A DNA stretch of 50,007 nucleotides from Minisyncoccota bacterium (GTDB lineage: Bacteria > Patescibacteriota > Minisyncoccia > Phycocordibacterales > UBA2100), in the NCBI GenBank assembly GCA_043780835.1, contig JAYWCB010000015.1, positions 1 through 50,007 on the forward strand, written 5' to 3'. Shown here piece after piece: positions 20,501 through 27,548 of the stretch. The notes beneath the pieces were generated by a model. The model saw only the letters and a list, made by a program, of their open reading frames with translations. It made no database searches and was not told the DNA's origin. Both the position numbers and the translations under genes were made by a program. Each line of letters opens with the position of its first letter. Positions within the stretch are counted from its first letter, which is position 1.

Positions 20501-23500
20501 TTTCCGAGATTGGGCGATAAAGGTTCAGTAGGTGTAACGGGATTTTTTGCCAATCCTGATTCTCCGCTCACTCCCCCCATCGGCTTCGAAAAGTTCTCGA
20601 CTGTCGATTTAAAATCCGCCGGAGAGATATTATTTGGTACAAAGGTGACGATCGAGCCGTTATATACGAATGCTGCTCGCTCTAATTCTTTGATTGCACC
20701 GGCAACATCAGCTCCTCGCGCCTGCGTCGCATTCATGAGCTTTCGTCTCGCTGCCTGAATATCATCGGTATTTGAGCTGCCGGTGATCTGATGCTCGAGA
20801 CTTGCTACTCTGTCGCCGAGTGCGTTCAGCGATGCGGCGGCATCATCAGTAAAGCCTGCGAGCCGGAGTCGATCCGCACGGTAATCAGCACCATACCCGT
20901 TCTTGAATCCGGCAATTTTACCAATCGATACAACGGCAAGATTGTTTTTCGACGCACTATCAGAGACCATTTTGCGCCATTCACGTCCGATGTGTGTATC
21001 TGAATCAAGAACCGCATCGACACCCGCGTCGCTGAGTTTCGCTATCGCAGTCGTGATAGTTTTTTCCAACTCATCCTGTTTCGCGTTTAATTCTTTTGCG
21101 AGCGGCCCGTATTCCGGATCAGCAGCGATGTCAGCTTCCGTTGATTTTCGATACAACCATGATCCACCTGGTTCAACCAGCATTCCAAAGACCGTCGGCT
21201 TGATAATCCCGGCCTTCGTGAAGTTATCTACAGTGCCTTCTTCCGAGAAATAATCAAGATCCGGCGGCGACGGAGCATTTAAAAGAGCCTCGGGTATCGG
21301 AAATGTATTTCCCGGAAAATCCTTTGCAATTCCTGCTATTACACCCGATTTTACCGGATGGTTATGCATTAAAAATGCATACGTTGGTTCGGTGTCGGCC
21401 GCTTTAAATCCTCTATTTGCGGACCGCGCAACAGTTTGAAGCGCCTGGTTTGTAATGTTTGCTTCGATGTCATTTCCCCCATACCCCGCCAACGAAGCAC
21501 TTTGCGAATTCATTATGCCGACTCCGCCCGTCTCGTGAGCGTCCACCATCGCCCGCTTTCTCAAATCATCTACACCTACTGCAAAATATGTCGCTCCCTG
21601 CGCACTCTTTTGCGCGATACCATCTGCCCGCAAAGCAGACGAGAATGTGTTACCCAGTGAACCACCGAGTGTGTCCGCGATGGATTGCATCGGTACCGGC
21701 GAGAACACGTGCAGTGCAATACCGAGAGCCGCCGCGCGCAATGATGTGCCGAGTGATGCGCGCACGCGTGACGGGGCGGTTGTTTGCGTCTGGTTCGAGA
21801 GCGGCGTGGTGCCTGTTTCGGCTTGAGCACTTGGACTCTCAGCGCTCACTAGATTTTCGCTACCTGTCGTCGGAAGGTTATCGTTTTCAGCAACTGCCTG
21901 CGACTCCGAATTCGTGTTCGTGTTTGTATTTGTGTTTGTGTTTGTGTTTGTGTTTGTGTTTACATCTGTTCCAATGGAATTCTGACTCGGCGCTCCGACA
22001 ACGAACCGCGAGGGATTATAGAGTGAGAATGGAGTTGTCTGAGTGATTCGTATAAACGACTCCTGACGCGCTGGTACTGGGGGTTGCTTCACTGCCCCAT
22101 CAGTATTTAGTTTGCTATGTGTGAAATCACCAGAATCAAGGTTTTGGCCTGCAGGAAACTTATTGAAGCCTCCACCTACCAGATATTTTTGGTTGGCAGC
22201 ATTAAGTATTGCACCGGCTTCTACACGGTCGACAAACCGACCGGTCGTAGTAAGGAATCCGTCTGATATGAGGCCATTATCAAGAAGATTTAACATTTCT
22301 TCTGAACTCACACCTGCCGATTCCGCATTTGCTATAGCGATCCCATGGTTCTCGCCGGTAAAAATGCGGCCATCCGGAAGTTGTATGGCTGCCTTAGCAA
22401 CTTTCTCGACGGCTCCCCCTGAGAGTCCCTGTGAAACCGTTGTCAATTTTGCTGCCTTTTGAGCTGCCCGCAAGGCCTCTGCAAATTGCGCGAGCTGTTC
22501 AGTTTGTGCGAACGGTACGGACAATTTGTAATAGCCCTGACTCAGTTGTCCGTCCGGAATAACTGATGCAATCGGAAGCTGTGTTTCTGAGTCAATAATT
22601 GCGCGGTCGCTTTCTCGTATCGCAAGGCCGGCGCGTTCAAGTCCGTCAACTGCCGCGTCATATTTTTTTACATAACGATCCGCAAACGATACTTTTGCTG
22701 AATCCGGATTCAATGGCTCTGATCGAATTCCGTTTTGATAGGTTTCCTGCCATGCATCACCGAGCACCTTATTCAAATTGGCAATCGCGTAGTACTGCTG
22801 ACTTGTAGCCTCAGCAAGTGAAGGTTCGCTTTTAAACGCATTCGCAATCGCTTCGCTTGCCGTATTGAACGCTTGCGAAATTGGAGCAGTTACCGCCTCT
22901 GTCATGTATGAAATGCCGCTACCTGCAAATTCCACGGCCCCGGAAAGCCACGTTGGTACACCCTGGCTATTATTGACTTCCGATGGGCGTCCGAGTGTTT
23001 GTGATTGTGGTAATTGCGACGGCGCCTCCGATGGAGCCGGAGCTACCGGTTTTGGGCTTTCAATTCCGGCAGCCAGTGCCTGAGAGTTTGCATTTTGAAC
23101 AGGCGCAACAGTTGTCTCAGGTGCAACCGGGACGTTGGTCGGATTTGAAACTGAGAGTGATCCTTGGGGTACAGAAAATACAACCGATGAAGGTGCGGGT
23201 TTGGAAGCGAGTGTGTTTGCCGGTGCACTTACTCCAGTGGATGTACGCGCTTCGCTCGCGACTGCTTTTTGAGCTCCCGCTGACTCTGTCGCGCTTGATG
23301 GACGAACAGTTGTCCACCCACCTCTCGCTTCCGATGCCATTTGAGTAATAGCAGTCGCTTCGCGTGAAGCCGCGGTCGCCGCGCCGACTGTTGGTTCGAG
23401 TGCACTTAATTCCATCGCCCCTCGCACGGCGAGTTTTGACCATCCGCTCGCGCCATCCCCGATGCGACCAAGTTCACTCATCGTTCCCCTATTCCCATTT

Positions 23501-26500
23501 CCGACAACACCTGTCGGTAAGCCTTGCGCAGCACGCTGTTCCGCAAGTGCAGCTTCGGCGGCCGGTGTGGATCTTCCCGCGATTGATGAATCGATCGCGC
23601 CGCCCGCCGATTGTCGCATTGCAAAACTTCCGTCCGCATTGCGTACCACTTCAAAACGCGGTTTTTGATATCCCTCACCAGGGACTGCGCTGCGCGGATT
23701 ATTTGCGGCAAAGTCCTTCAGCGCAGACTCCCGTTGCACCGCAGCTTCGCTCACACGCTCCGCAGCCGTCTTCGGAGCGGTCGGTTCCGTACGTGCCGCA
23801 GCAGTATTTTCACTCGCGGGTACTCGCTCGCTAACAGCCGGTTCAACTGTGCGGGGCGCTGATGTTTCCGTGGCTCCGGATTTTGATGTGGCCGGCTCTG
23901 TTGCAGATCGTCCCGAGGCCGTATCTGCAGCTGTGGCAGTTCTACCTGCCGCTGCATCTACTGATTCTGAACCACTGCGTGCCGTGAGTGTTTCGTTACC
24001 GTAGCGTGCCGTTATCGCCTCGCCTGTTTCTGAGCCCACCTGGGAGGCGCCCAGTGACGATCGCGTATCAGCTCCGATGAGAGCACCGCTGTCTGCACTC
24101 AATGCTCTTGAACTTGCAACGGCATCCGTCAGTGCAGCCGTACGAGATTCGTTGGCCAATCCTTGAGTTGCTATACCTTCAAATGCACTTCCTTCAAGTG
24201 CGCGAGCACTTGCGATCGTATCGCCTATCGTACTTGCAAAACCTTCTCTCAGCGTCGATGCGACACCAATCGATGCGTCGTAGGCAAGCCTTCCGACGCT
24301 CGGGGCAGCAGCGACGTTCGCAAAATCCAATAGACCCTGCGCAAATCTTTCTCCGGACGTTTGCGTGAGCGAGTTCACCTGATCAGCGACCGTGGCTAGT
24401 CCTTGCGCGCCAGGCAGTGCACCTGCCAAAAGATTTGCTGCGGAGTCATAGGTGGCGGCGACAATACCGGTCGTAAGCGCACTCGCATACGAGATCGGAT
24501 TGTATCCAGCTTTATCCCACATACTTGATGCAGTTTGATGTAAGTAGTCTGAAATTCCCTGACTTACATTGTGTACTGGATCTGTGCCGGACAATGATCT
24601 ACTGAGATCTTGCGCAGCCTGATTCGGCTGGCCTCCCGGCGCGTACTGTGTGATGTGATTGTCAGCCGCAGCCATTCTTTGTTCTGAACGCGAGATGTCG
24701 TTGGCCATCGCGGCATTTTCAGCATTCAGCCGCGTGATTTGCTGAGTGTCATATGGTCCCCGTGCACCTGACGCTTCGAGCGCAGTAATTGTCCGCTCAT
24801 TTGCGTCCATTTTTGCCTGAATAGCAGTGACTTCCTTGTTTGATGTCGTCCATGTATTAAGCTCCTCCAGCGCAGCCTTTTGATCGCCGGTGCGCGCGTT
24901 TGGATCCGTGAGCAACGCCTGCGAAATAAATTCGGCATTATTGCTTTTAGCAAGATAATCACGAGTTGCCGCTATGTCTGCGGCGGTTTTGCCTGCCACT
25001 GCAGACAACTTTGCTTGCTCTTGTGCGATGTCGCGAGCCATGGCGGCATTTTCAGCATTGAGCCGAATAATTTGCTGTGTGTCGTATGGACCCCGCGAAT
25101 CCGACGCCTTTAGTGCTGCGATCGCTCGCTCGTTCGCGTCTATCTTTGCTTGTGTAGCATCAATTTCCGCGTTTTTTCCTGGCGTCCGAGCTGCGGTTTC
25201 CGCCGCTAATTGCCGATCACTCAGTACCTGATCGACTTTCGTTGCCGCAGTTTCTGCCGAGGGTCTCGCGAGCGGCTCAGTCGGTGCGTCTTGTAATTGC
25301 CCTATCTTTGATTGGTCCTGCAAACTCGCCTGATACTGCTGCTGCAGGATCTGAGCCTGAGGTGCGACATTATTCTTTAATTCAGTGAGCAGTCCTCGCT
25401 GTGCTTCGGCAAGAGTTTGTGTTGGCGTAAATCCTGTTTCCGTTTGGAAATTGTTTAGTGTTCTATTTGCTTCGTTGAGTGCCGTTGCGTAGTTGGATGC
25501 GCTTTGTGCGGAGCACGCAAGGGTGGTGCACGAGGCATCTGTCACTCGCTGAGCCGCATCCATCGCCTGTTGATTCACATCCGCACGGACTGTCTGATTA
25601 GCCACTTCGTTAATGGCGTTCAGATCCGTCGCGGCAGAAGCAACGATTTTTGCAGAGTCGTTGTACGCGTCAGTCGGTGCATGAAAACGCTCTCCGTCAA
25701 ATGTCGCACCATTCGTATCTAGTTGTTCCACAGCATTCGATATGACGTTCTGTCGCATCTGGATCAGATCATCTACCGAAGCGTTTGGGCTGTACTCTTT
25801 TATCTGTGCGATTTGCGCATCGATCTTTGCCACCTGCGCCTGAGCCGATTGCACCGTTTGTGCGTCAGCGGGAGCAAGTCCTGCGGTTGTAATTCTGCCC
25901 TCAGACAACGCTTTTGCGACAGCAGGATCCGTTGCATCCATACTGGTGTTATCGCTCTGCAGACTGACTAACCTGTCGTATCGTGCGGCGGCAGCTTGGT
26001 ATGCATTCAGTGCCTGCTTTACTTCACCTGCACCATTGCCGCATTTTGACAGTGATCCTCCCAGACAGTTATCGGCAATAACTTCGTCAAGCGCCGCTTT
26101 TGCATCGTCAGCTTTGCTTTTTCGGGCATCCAATTCCTGTTTACCTAATTTTTGTAAGTCGCCATCCGTGATCTGATTGTTGGGATTTTTCTCGTTAAAT
26201 TTTTCGGCGGCAGCCGCGCATTTCGGTCCGACTCCTGAACCGCACTCGGCCGCGACGGCGTCCATCGCCTTTTGTTGCTCAGGCGAGAGCGGCGGATCTT
26301 TTGGTGTGGGTTTTATGTCCTCACTCACCTGAGCTTTACAAATTGCATCGTCACCGCAAGCAGCTAAATCGGCTGTTTTTCTCGCTTCAGGCGTATCATC
26401 TGTCTTAAGCGGTACCGGATCTGCATCGGAGCTCGGACTACCCTCCGTGAGGGCCGCGTACTTATCGGCCACAGCTTCACCCGCTGACCGCACATCACCC

Positions 26501-27468
26501 CACGCAGCTTTCGCATACTCCTGCACACTATCCGAAATCGATGCGATTTCGTTTGAAAGGGAGCGCCACGATTCAGAAATGAACTCGGGCGTATTCGTAA
26601 GCCAATCCGGTAATGCAGACGAATTCGAATTTGAGTGCGACGACGAATCGAAACCTGTTGCGTTACTGGATACAGGATTTGTTGCCTGATCGTACAAACT
26701 TTGTCCGCTGCCCGAATTCCCCACACTCGATCCTGAATTGCCTGTTGGCGATTCAGACATGAGAGATTGAGCACCGAACGTATTGCCGATTACATTTGTT
26801 TCAGATCCGAAGGAATTCCCTGGATTCAGATACCGCTGCGCTGATTCGAGCCAACTGGGCGCTTGCTCAGCCTGCTTGATTTGTTCGCTAAAACTATTGA
26901 TTAGAGCGCTGGAATCGTTTACGGATGTTGAGTCTGGTTTAATGGTTCCGTTCAACCACGGATTCGTTGCCGCGCCGTCTGGTTTTGGTTCCGCAGTCTT
27001 TGGAGTTGAATCGGGTTGCGGATCGTTTGATCCCGAGCCGGCTGGCAATTGAGGCAACGACCCGGAAGGAGGCTCACTCCCTCCCTGTGTGGGCTCCGAC
27101 GGCTTCACACCATCGCAGGTTTTCGCTTGCGCGCAGGTTTCCGGTGACATGCCGTCAGTCTTCTCTGCGCGACATGTAGTACTTGTTATACAAATACCGC
27201 TCGTAACCTTCCCGGCCGTGTAGTCCGTACATGGATGGCCATACCAGTTTCGATATTCTTTTTTGTTCGGCCCGGTCTGCGGTTCGTAGAAAATCTTGTC
27301 TTTGGGTTTGTCAGTCCGGTACTTGTAGTAACCATTTGCCGGCACGCATTGTGCGTCGGCCGAATTACCTTCAGCACGTGCAAAGTGCACGCTCGATAGA
27401 AATAAAGCGGTCACTGAAAACGCCCCGAGGAATACGAGAAAAGCGGCCGCAAAGCGACGCGAGAGCAT
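11512..27468 (-). CDS. Giant secreted multidomain protein (about 5318 aa): JAB-like, 2x RlpA-like DPBB, amidase_2, YpfJ-like Zn peptidase, ART-like, C-terminal Ig-like
   Basis: Uninterrupted 16-kb ORF; signal peptide MLSRRFAAAFLVFLGAF...ARA; extended -10 6 nt upstream; motifs detailed in findings. Confidence 0.85.
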   Translation of the reverse strand: MLSRRFAAAFLVFLGAFSVTALFLSSVHFARAEGNSADAQCVPANGYYKYRTDKPKDKIFYEPQTGPNKKEYRNWYGHPCTDYTAGKVTSGICITSTTCRAEKTDGMSPETCAQAKTCDGVKPSEPTQGGSEPPSGSLPQLPAGSGSNDPQPDSTPKTAEPKPDGAATNPWLNGTIKPDSTSVNDSSALINSFSEQIKQAEQAPSWLESAQRYLNPGNSFGSETNVIGNTFGAQSLMSESPTGNSGSSVGNSGSGQSLYDQATNPVSSNATGFDSSSHSNSNSSALPDWLTNTPEFISESWRSLSNEIASISDSVQEYAKAAWGDVRSAGEAVADKYAALTEGSPSSDADPVPLKTDDTPEARKTADLAACGDDAICKAQVSEDIKPTPKDPPLSPEQQKAMDAVAAECGSGVGPKCAAAAEKFNEKNPNNQITDGDLQKLGKQELDARKSKADDAKAALDEVIADNCLGGSLSKCGNGAGEVKQALNAYQAAAARYDRLVSLQSDNTSMDATDPAVAKALSEGRITTAGLAPADAQTVQSAQAQVAKIDAQIAQIKEYSPNASVDDLIQMRQNVISNAVEQLDTNGATFDGERFHAPTDAYNDSAKIVASAATDLNAINEVANQTVRADVNQQAMDAAQRVTDASCTTLACSAQSASNYATALNEANRTLNNFQTETGFTPTQTLAEAQRGLLTELKNNVAPQAQILQQQYQASLQDQSKIGQLQDAPTEPLARPSAETAATKVDQVLSDRQLAAETAARTPGKNAEIDATQAKIDANERAIAALKASDSRGPYDTQQIIRLNAENAAMARDIAQEQAKLSAVAGKTAADIAATRDYLAKSNNAEFISQALLTDPNARTGDQKAALEELNTWTTSNKEVTAIQAKMDANERTITALEASGARGPYDTQQITRLNAENAAMANDISRSEQRMAAADNHITQYAPGGQPNQAAQDLSRSLSGTDPVHNVSQGISDYLHQTASSMWDKAGYNPISYASALTTGIVAATYDSAANLLAGALPGAQGLATVADQVNSLTQTSGERFAQGLLDFANVAAAPSVGRLAYDASIGVASTLREGFASTIGDTIASARALEGSAFEGIATQGLANESRTAALTDAVASSRALSADSGALIGADTRSSLGASQVGSETGEAITARYGNETLTARSGSESVDAAAGRTATAADTASGRSATEPATSKSGATETSAPRTVEPAVSERVPASENTAAARTEPTAPKTAAERVSEAAVQRESALKDFAANNPRSAVPGEGYQKPRFEVVRNADGSFAMRQSAGGAIDSSIAGRSTPAAEAALAEQRAAQGLPTGVVGNGNRGTMSELGRIGDGASGWSKLAVRGAMELSALEPTVGAATAASREATAITQMASEARGGWTTVRPSSATESAGAQKAVASEARTSTGVSAPANTLASKPAPSSVVFSVPQGSLSVSNPTNVPVAPETTVAPVQNANSQALAAGIESPKPVAPAPSEAPSQLPQSQTLGRPSEVNNSQGVPTWLSGAVEFAGSGISYMTEAVTAPISQAFNTASEAIANAFKSEPSLAEATSQQYYAIANLNKVLGDAWQETYQNGIRSEPLNPDSAKVSFADRYVKKYDAAVDGLERAGLAIRESDRAIIDSETQLPIASVIPDGQLSQGYYKLSVPFAQTEQLAQFAEALRAAQKAAKLTTVSQGLSGGAVEKVAKAAIQLPDGRIFTGENHGIAIANAESAGVSSEEMLNLLDNGLISDGFLTTTGRFVDRVEAGAILNAANQKYLVGGGFNKFPAGQNLDSGDFTHSKLNTDGAVKQPPVPARQESFIRITQTTPFSLYNPSRFVVGAPSQNSIGTDVNTNTNTNTNTNTNTNTNSESQAVAENDNLPTTGSENLVSAESPSAQAETGTTPLSNQTQTTAPSRVRASLGTSLRAAALGIALHVFSPVPMQSIADTLGGSLGNTFSSALRADGIAQKSAQGATYFAVGVDDLRKRAMVDAHETGGVGIMNSQSASLAGYGGNDIEANITNQALQTVARSANRGFKAADTEPTYAFLMHNHPVKSGVIAGIAKDFPGNTFPIPEALLNAPSPPDLDYFSEEGTVDNFTKAGIIKPTVFGMLVEPGGSWLYRKSTEADIAADPEYGPLAKELNAKQDELEKTITTAIAKLSDAGVDAVLDSDTHIGREWRKMVSDSASKNNLAVVSIGKIAGFKNGYGADYRADRLRLAGFTDDAAASLNALGDRVASLEHQITGSSNTDDIQAARRKLMNATQARGADVAGAIKELERAAFVYNGSIVTFVPNNISPADFKSTVENFSKPMGGVSGESGLAKNPVTPTEPLSPNLGKRSDLGASQSQTWSDWFASLPTQLGNPFISPAQAEPGLSQRDLKRLKDAENNIGITEKGVASYYELAANDALNPSDITASGAIHTVNDNTVALLGDAPRYAWGTKLLVRNIQQFKADGKTSNPNFGKTGVYTVNNIGSQKGRNLDFSPKGAKDMGFFEDGTTAVEYTVVEVPTEQTARYKLGREDLNGEGLISPQEYDARIAAVKKDPSSAIARAPASDPKNASKPAPKPPNLGKRSDLGVTQSKTWSEWLGSLPSQIGNPFISSAQAKPTKRDIDRLENAKRDYDLAIVNKGKASWWNTGSNGGLNPSDMNASGSMHNLTDFTVAMLGDGPKYAWKTELIVRNVSRDSKGTPTADFGKTVRVRVASTGSQTGRVMDLSPAAARALGAIGPGVIDVEYFVDSVPTLQEAAYKTNRTDLSDGGVVPSGTFETRLAEVRTNPNTAIAQAPASEPKTASKPAPKPNAAPAPAANPFTAINDVLTRGLKNLSEGVPENQAADIVNKAPANASRVDIAARLQNAGLQNTDIYNAMRARAAHEVTGRSDSDGGVTDKDLAAADVKIAQRAFALKNAPQPTLSLAQAAKQSGKPQIPGIEKMVYLAPLSDPAKANPRKYIVIHQTEGSTALPMAQQQAARPNKVGTTLWVEPDGTVYWAAPETANPSHVRANRNDNKFVPNKDTFKNISNLNAIGIEFAGNFPDVTKPLTPAQMKAGTALVKFLQERYGVPAENVFAHGWTDYKNEKYVEGAQLATEMRKIAYVPGSGNTLSNVAVAPSADLDSIDPWKYSKLNDTPATPSNDAPLATGDTAAEFTKLSSNEPAPIIEAKNPFVAPDLPEMIATNVQYNAAKSVSWPTPVMPVPELTLTASTPLAANPIPNVTKGSDLAEAQPEAQPAPLEANPVPTVESGGPLSPVVIPPAIAINNIAEVVASFAPTPNLITQPTITVALNNPTSVTTAAPVVSPFPGLTAKGIEQASTPEPLLAEALAPATLPKNASLPPSSANVNGRSVSEFNDLKERFYLPKDLAEGVAERLIPKPLPEIQGLQHQTNSLMTKDIRDLSDAQIRQIVSSSGKTLQDFLAKEYAKRGGEYRPAQINIVKSGGSVTDMKTGQIRIDTSEIKRARYDYFDTNGTHAVYTVAHELGHYFARLTHVDIQAINNEGQSIFPPLMDAVGLDRRALQELLADRAAGWMMRGSGLLRAGDQEHLLNSIVASGSDFTDVGNGIKNPLIPYDRHAQGVQRAEAFYQGAIDSGPTDLLAMLGTEPDWLRSNKKDSWKKIALPASRPSVFVITPSSLGTAPLESVAPSITIAPTHGEPGITSAPVTPNTIGTDANAPQSNTVPTTPSTHGTSNEFALNPTRGIGSNNAPAVAEVKIIPASVPPSSANTTDELSNTPETMLVGTLKPESRPIAAVETLPSDTKTPATTAKSRPPASTVFEIATPMNAKNQIYSSMASANYLPAAIIHKLNSVRFSTKSISFTQGELDSIPWKDLDENAFEYLKGIFEQSGYKVTVPNSGIKPGPQIFAAGQANAVARKLTHSDEDVSDEETPVAPAHAPVTTQDEVAIANNEIEKNIEVAHAPQPITPIEQSAPVKADVAVVTPGETATKPADTSVAPVESAKPTVVELAKQVADLDTSIAETLKAMNTMKITSAANRAKLKQIADTQSAISSTQEKLGTMRRGIRLGRAVRSELTDAQRITLNAGADAAVSLATIASKSGDAQLAKELLVYASDVRSFNQKENQTKENQNDAVTDGAALASDVNNLIKEMTQKLVGLGKAPELTIQNKKLSADFDLAGKDIAAKMSEKTKITDAIAVAQKTELEATLALPPKFEPVIKIGSPDDTSANTGVDNGQSLPNGSHTKIADAFEDLIQIPATQVRAPIAAETAPAVTPKNAKITAPQPAPEPGNPSGPVESLGVNSRPRLEEKTNGQTVSRLDTPPAVPPIPTALPKAPLPTVSGPIQGTLDTRTGGNVTLNQPIAPTQITVPTENVTNEIAIQTHAPESSRTTNSATEPAITAHNFNSAGPVKSLVSIDMTGMSRSEALRYLESLELPPAGYSYMYRGLTQGYSYDSPDARGNGEFFTPSLDGALSYLYGPTARLEGTIVRITVPERFTVADNFNPYSMTDSYFRYPREWLNPNGSAASIAEVYWSNFDGERTIAEWEAAWTQRASDGNPNVVAQQNPQTNTPVVSIKPSILGFLRTEIGNLRNMFTAGNFIGQPRAPISKETPVVQVENTPRVATAKTTNSVSVPSVTPPTLSVESVSPIQPVVTPTPISSARVPKGNTQRAQPNQTESAQPPESVTAAKPEATQPNAAAPETTAPKQKTSVWSDIKLVASFARAAILPARKFSNNKYVIGMNSTMLTFAGFGAPISLHFDNVLMNVVSLFSGAISLPSFTVNAPHLIALPVANILYRAATNSAFRGDFVVAVKRAYSSIASYATSNQANPTPRAEPQFAQTTPAENVPSETPVAAAPMPPQPAGFFADQIADGKLTLEQTRTISESIYAANPELRALDDVSKKIQDGETVTAKQLVGLAREISNSLKERYGTKFQYVQFKGTDSATGKVRVSNLSDMAMILPHDTSLTPLYHDDATGLPTAVNGGSWSPTTRAIYFYYELIANPERFIAELRHETGVVLVANAVGGKSSIPKVEGFPLEATHALDLYTSDLTGPTRDAADSILAQAGFVAPQTNTIPATPIVTPLAPQALPTLGQRFNTWMEAQFGSGGGGGNGIVPSAGGGGGSGSGGSGSGLRSWRLGSILTLLTGIAFVGNSDQQQTSSPANMPKNAGTKAPPAVLSAPAVNPNITTGTNLPKTADPSVFPPVTAPAKSDPTKPAPKPQPAPRTDTPKPSPNPNPGPGVQKPGGGTGGSTGGSAPTGGTNSGGAFNSIMSFLSGLMKGMGSLLNPQNTQSSQPTATTGAISVQVNATPNPASSGDSTTITWTSTNALKCSAFNASSTQIATGGGNDSFTVSAITAPSTYIVYCNGRNGVYATGSVQILLK
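21914..21961 (-). repeat. In-frame hexamer microsatellite encoding (NT)n
   Basis: (gtgttt)n-like run on the + strand. Confidence 0.85.
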
Positions 27469-27474
27469 CGCTAA

Positions 27475-27483
27475 ATTGTAGCA
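27475..27483 (-). promoter_or_regulatory. Extended -10 promoter of the 5318-aa gene
   Basis: TGCTACAAT 6 nt before the ATG; same motif before the 2126-aa gene. Confidence 0.7.
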
Positions 27484-27548
27484 GTAAAATCCTGATTTTA
27501 CGGCTCTACCTGTGGAGATTGGAAGACTTTTTATTGAGCAAAAAAACA

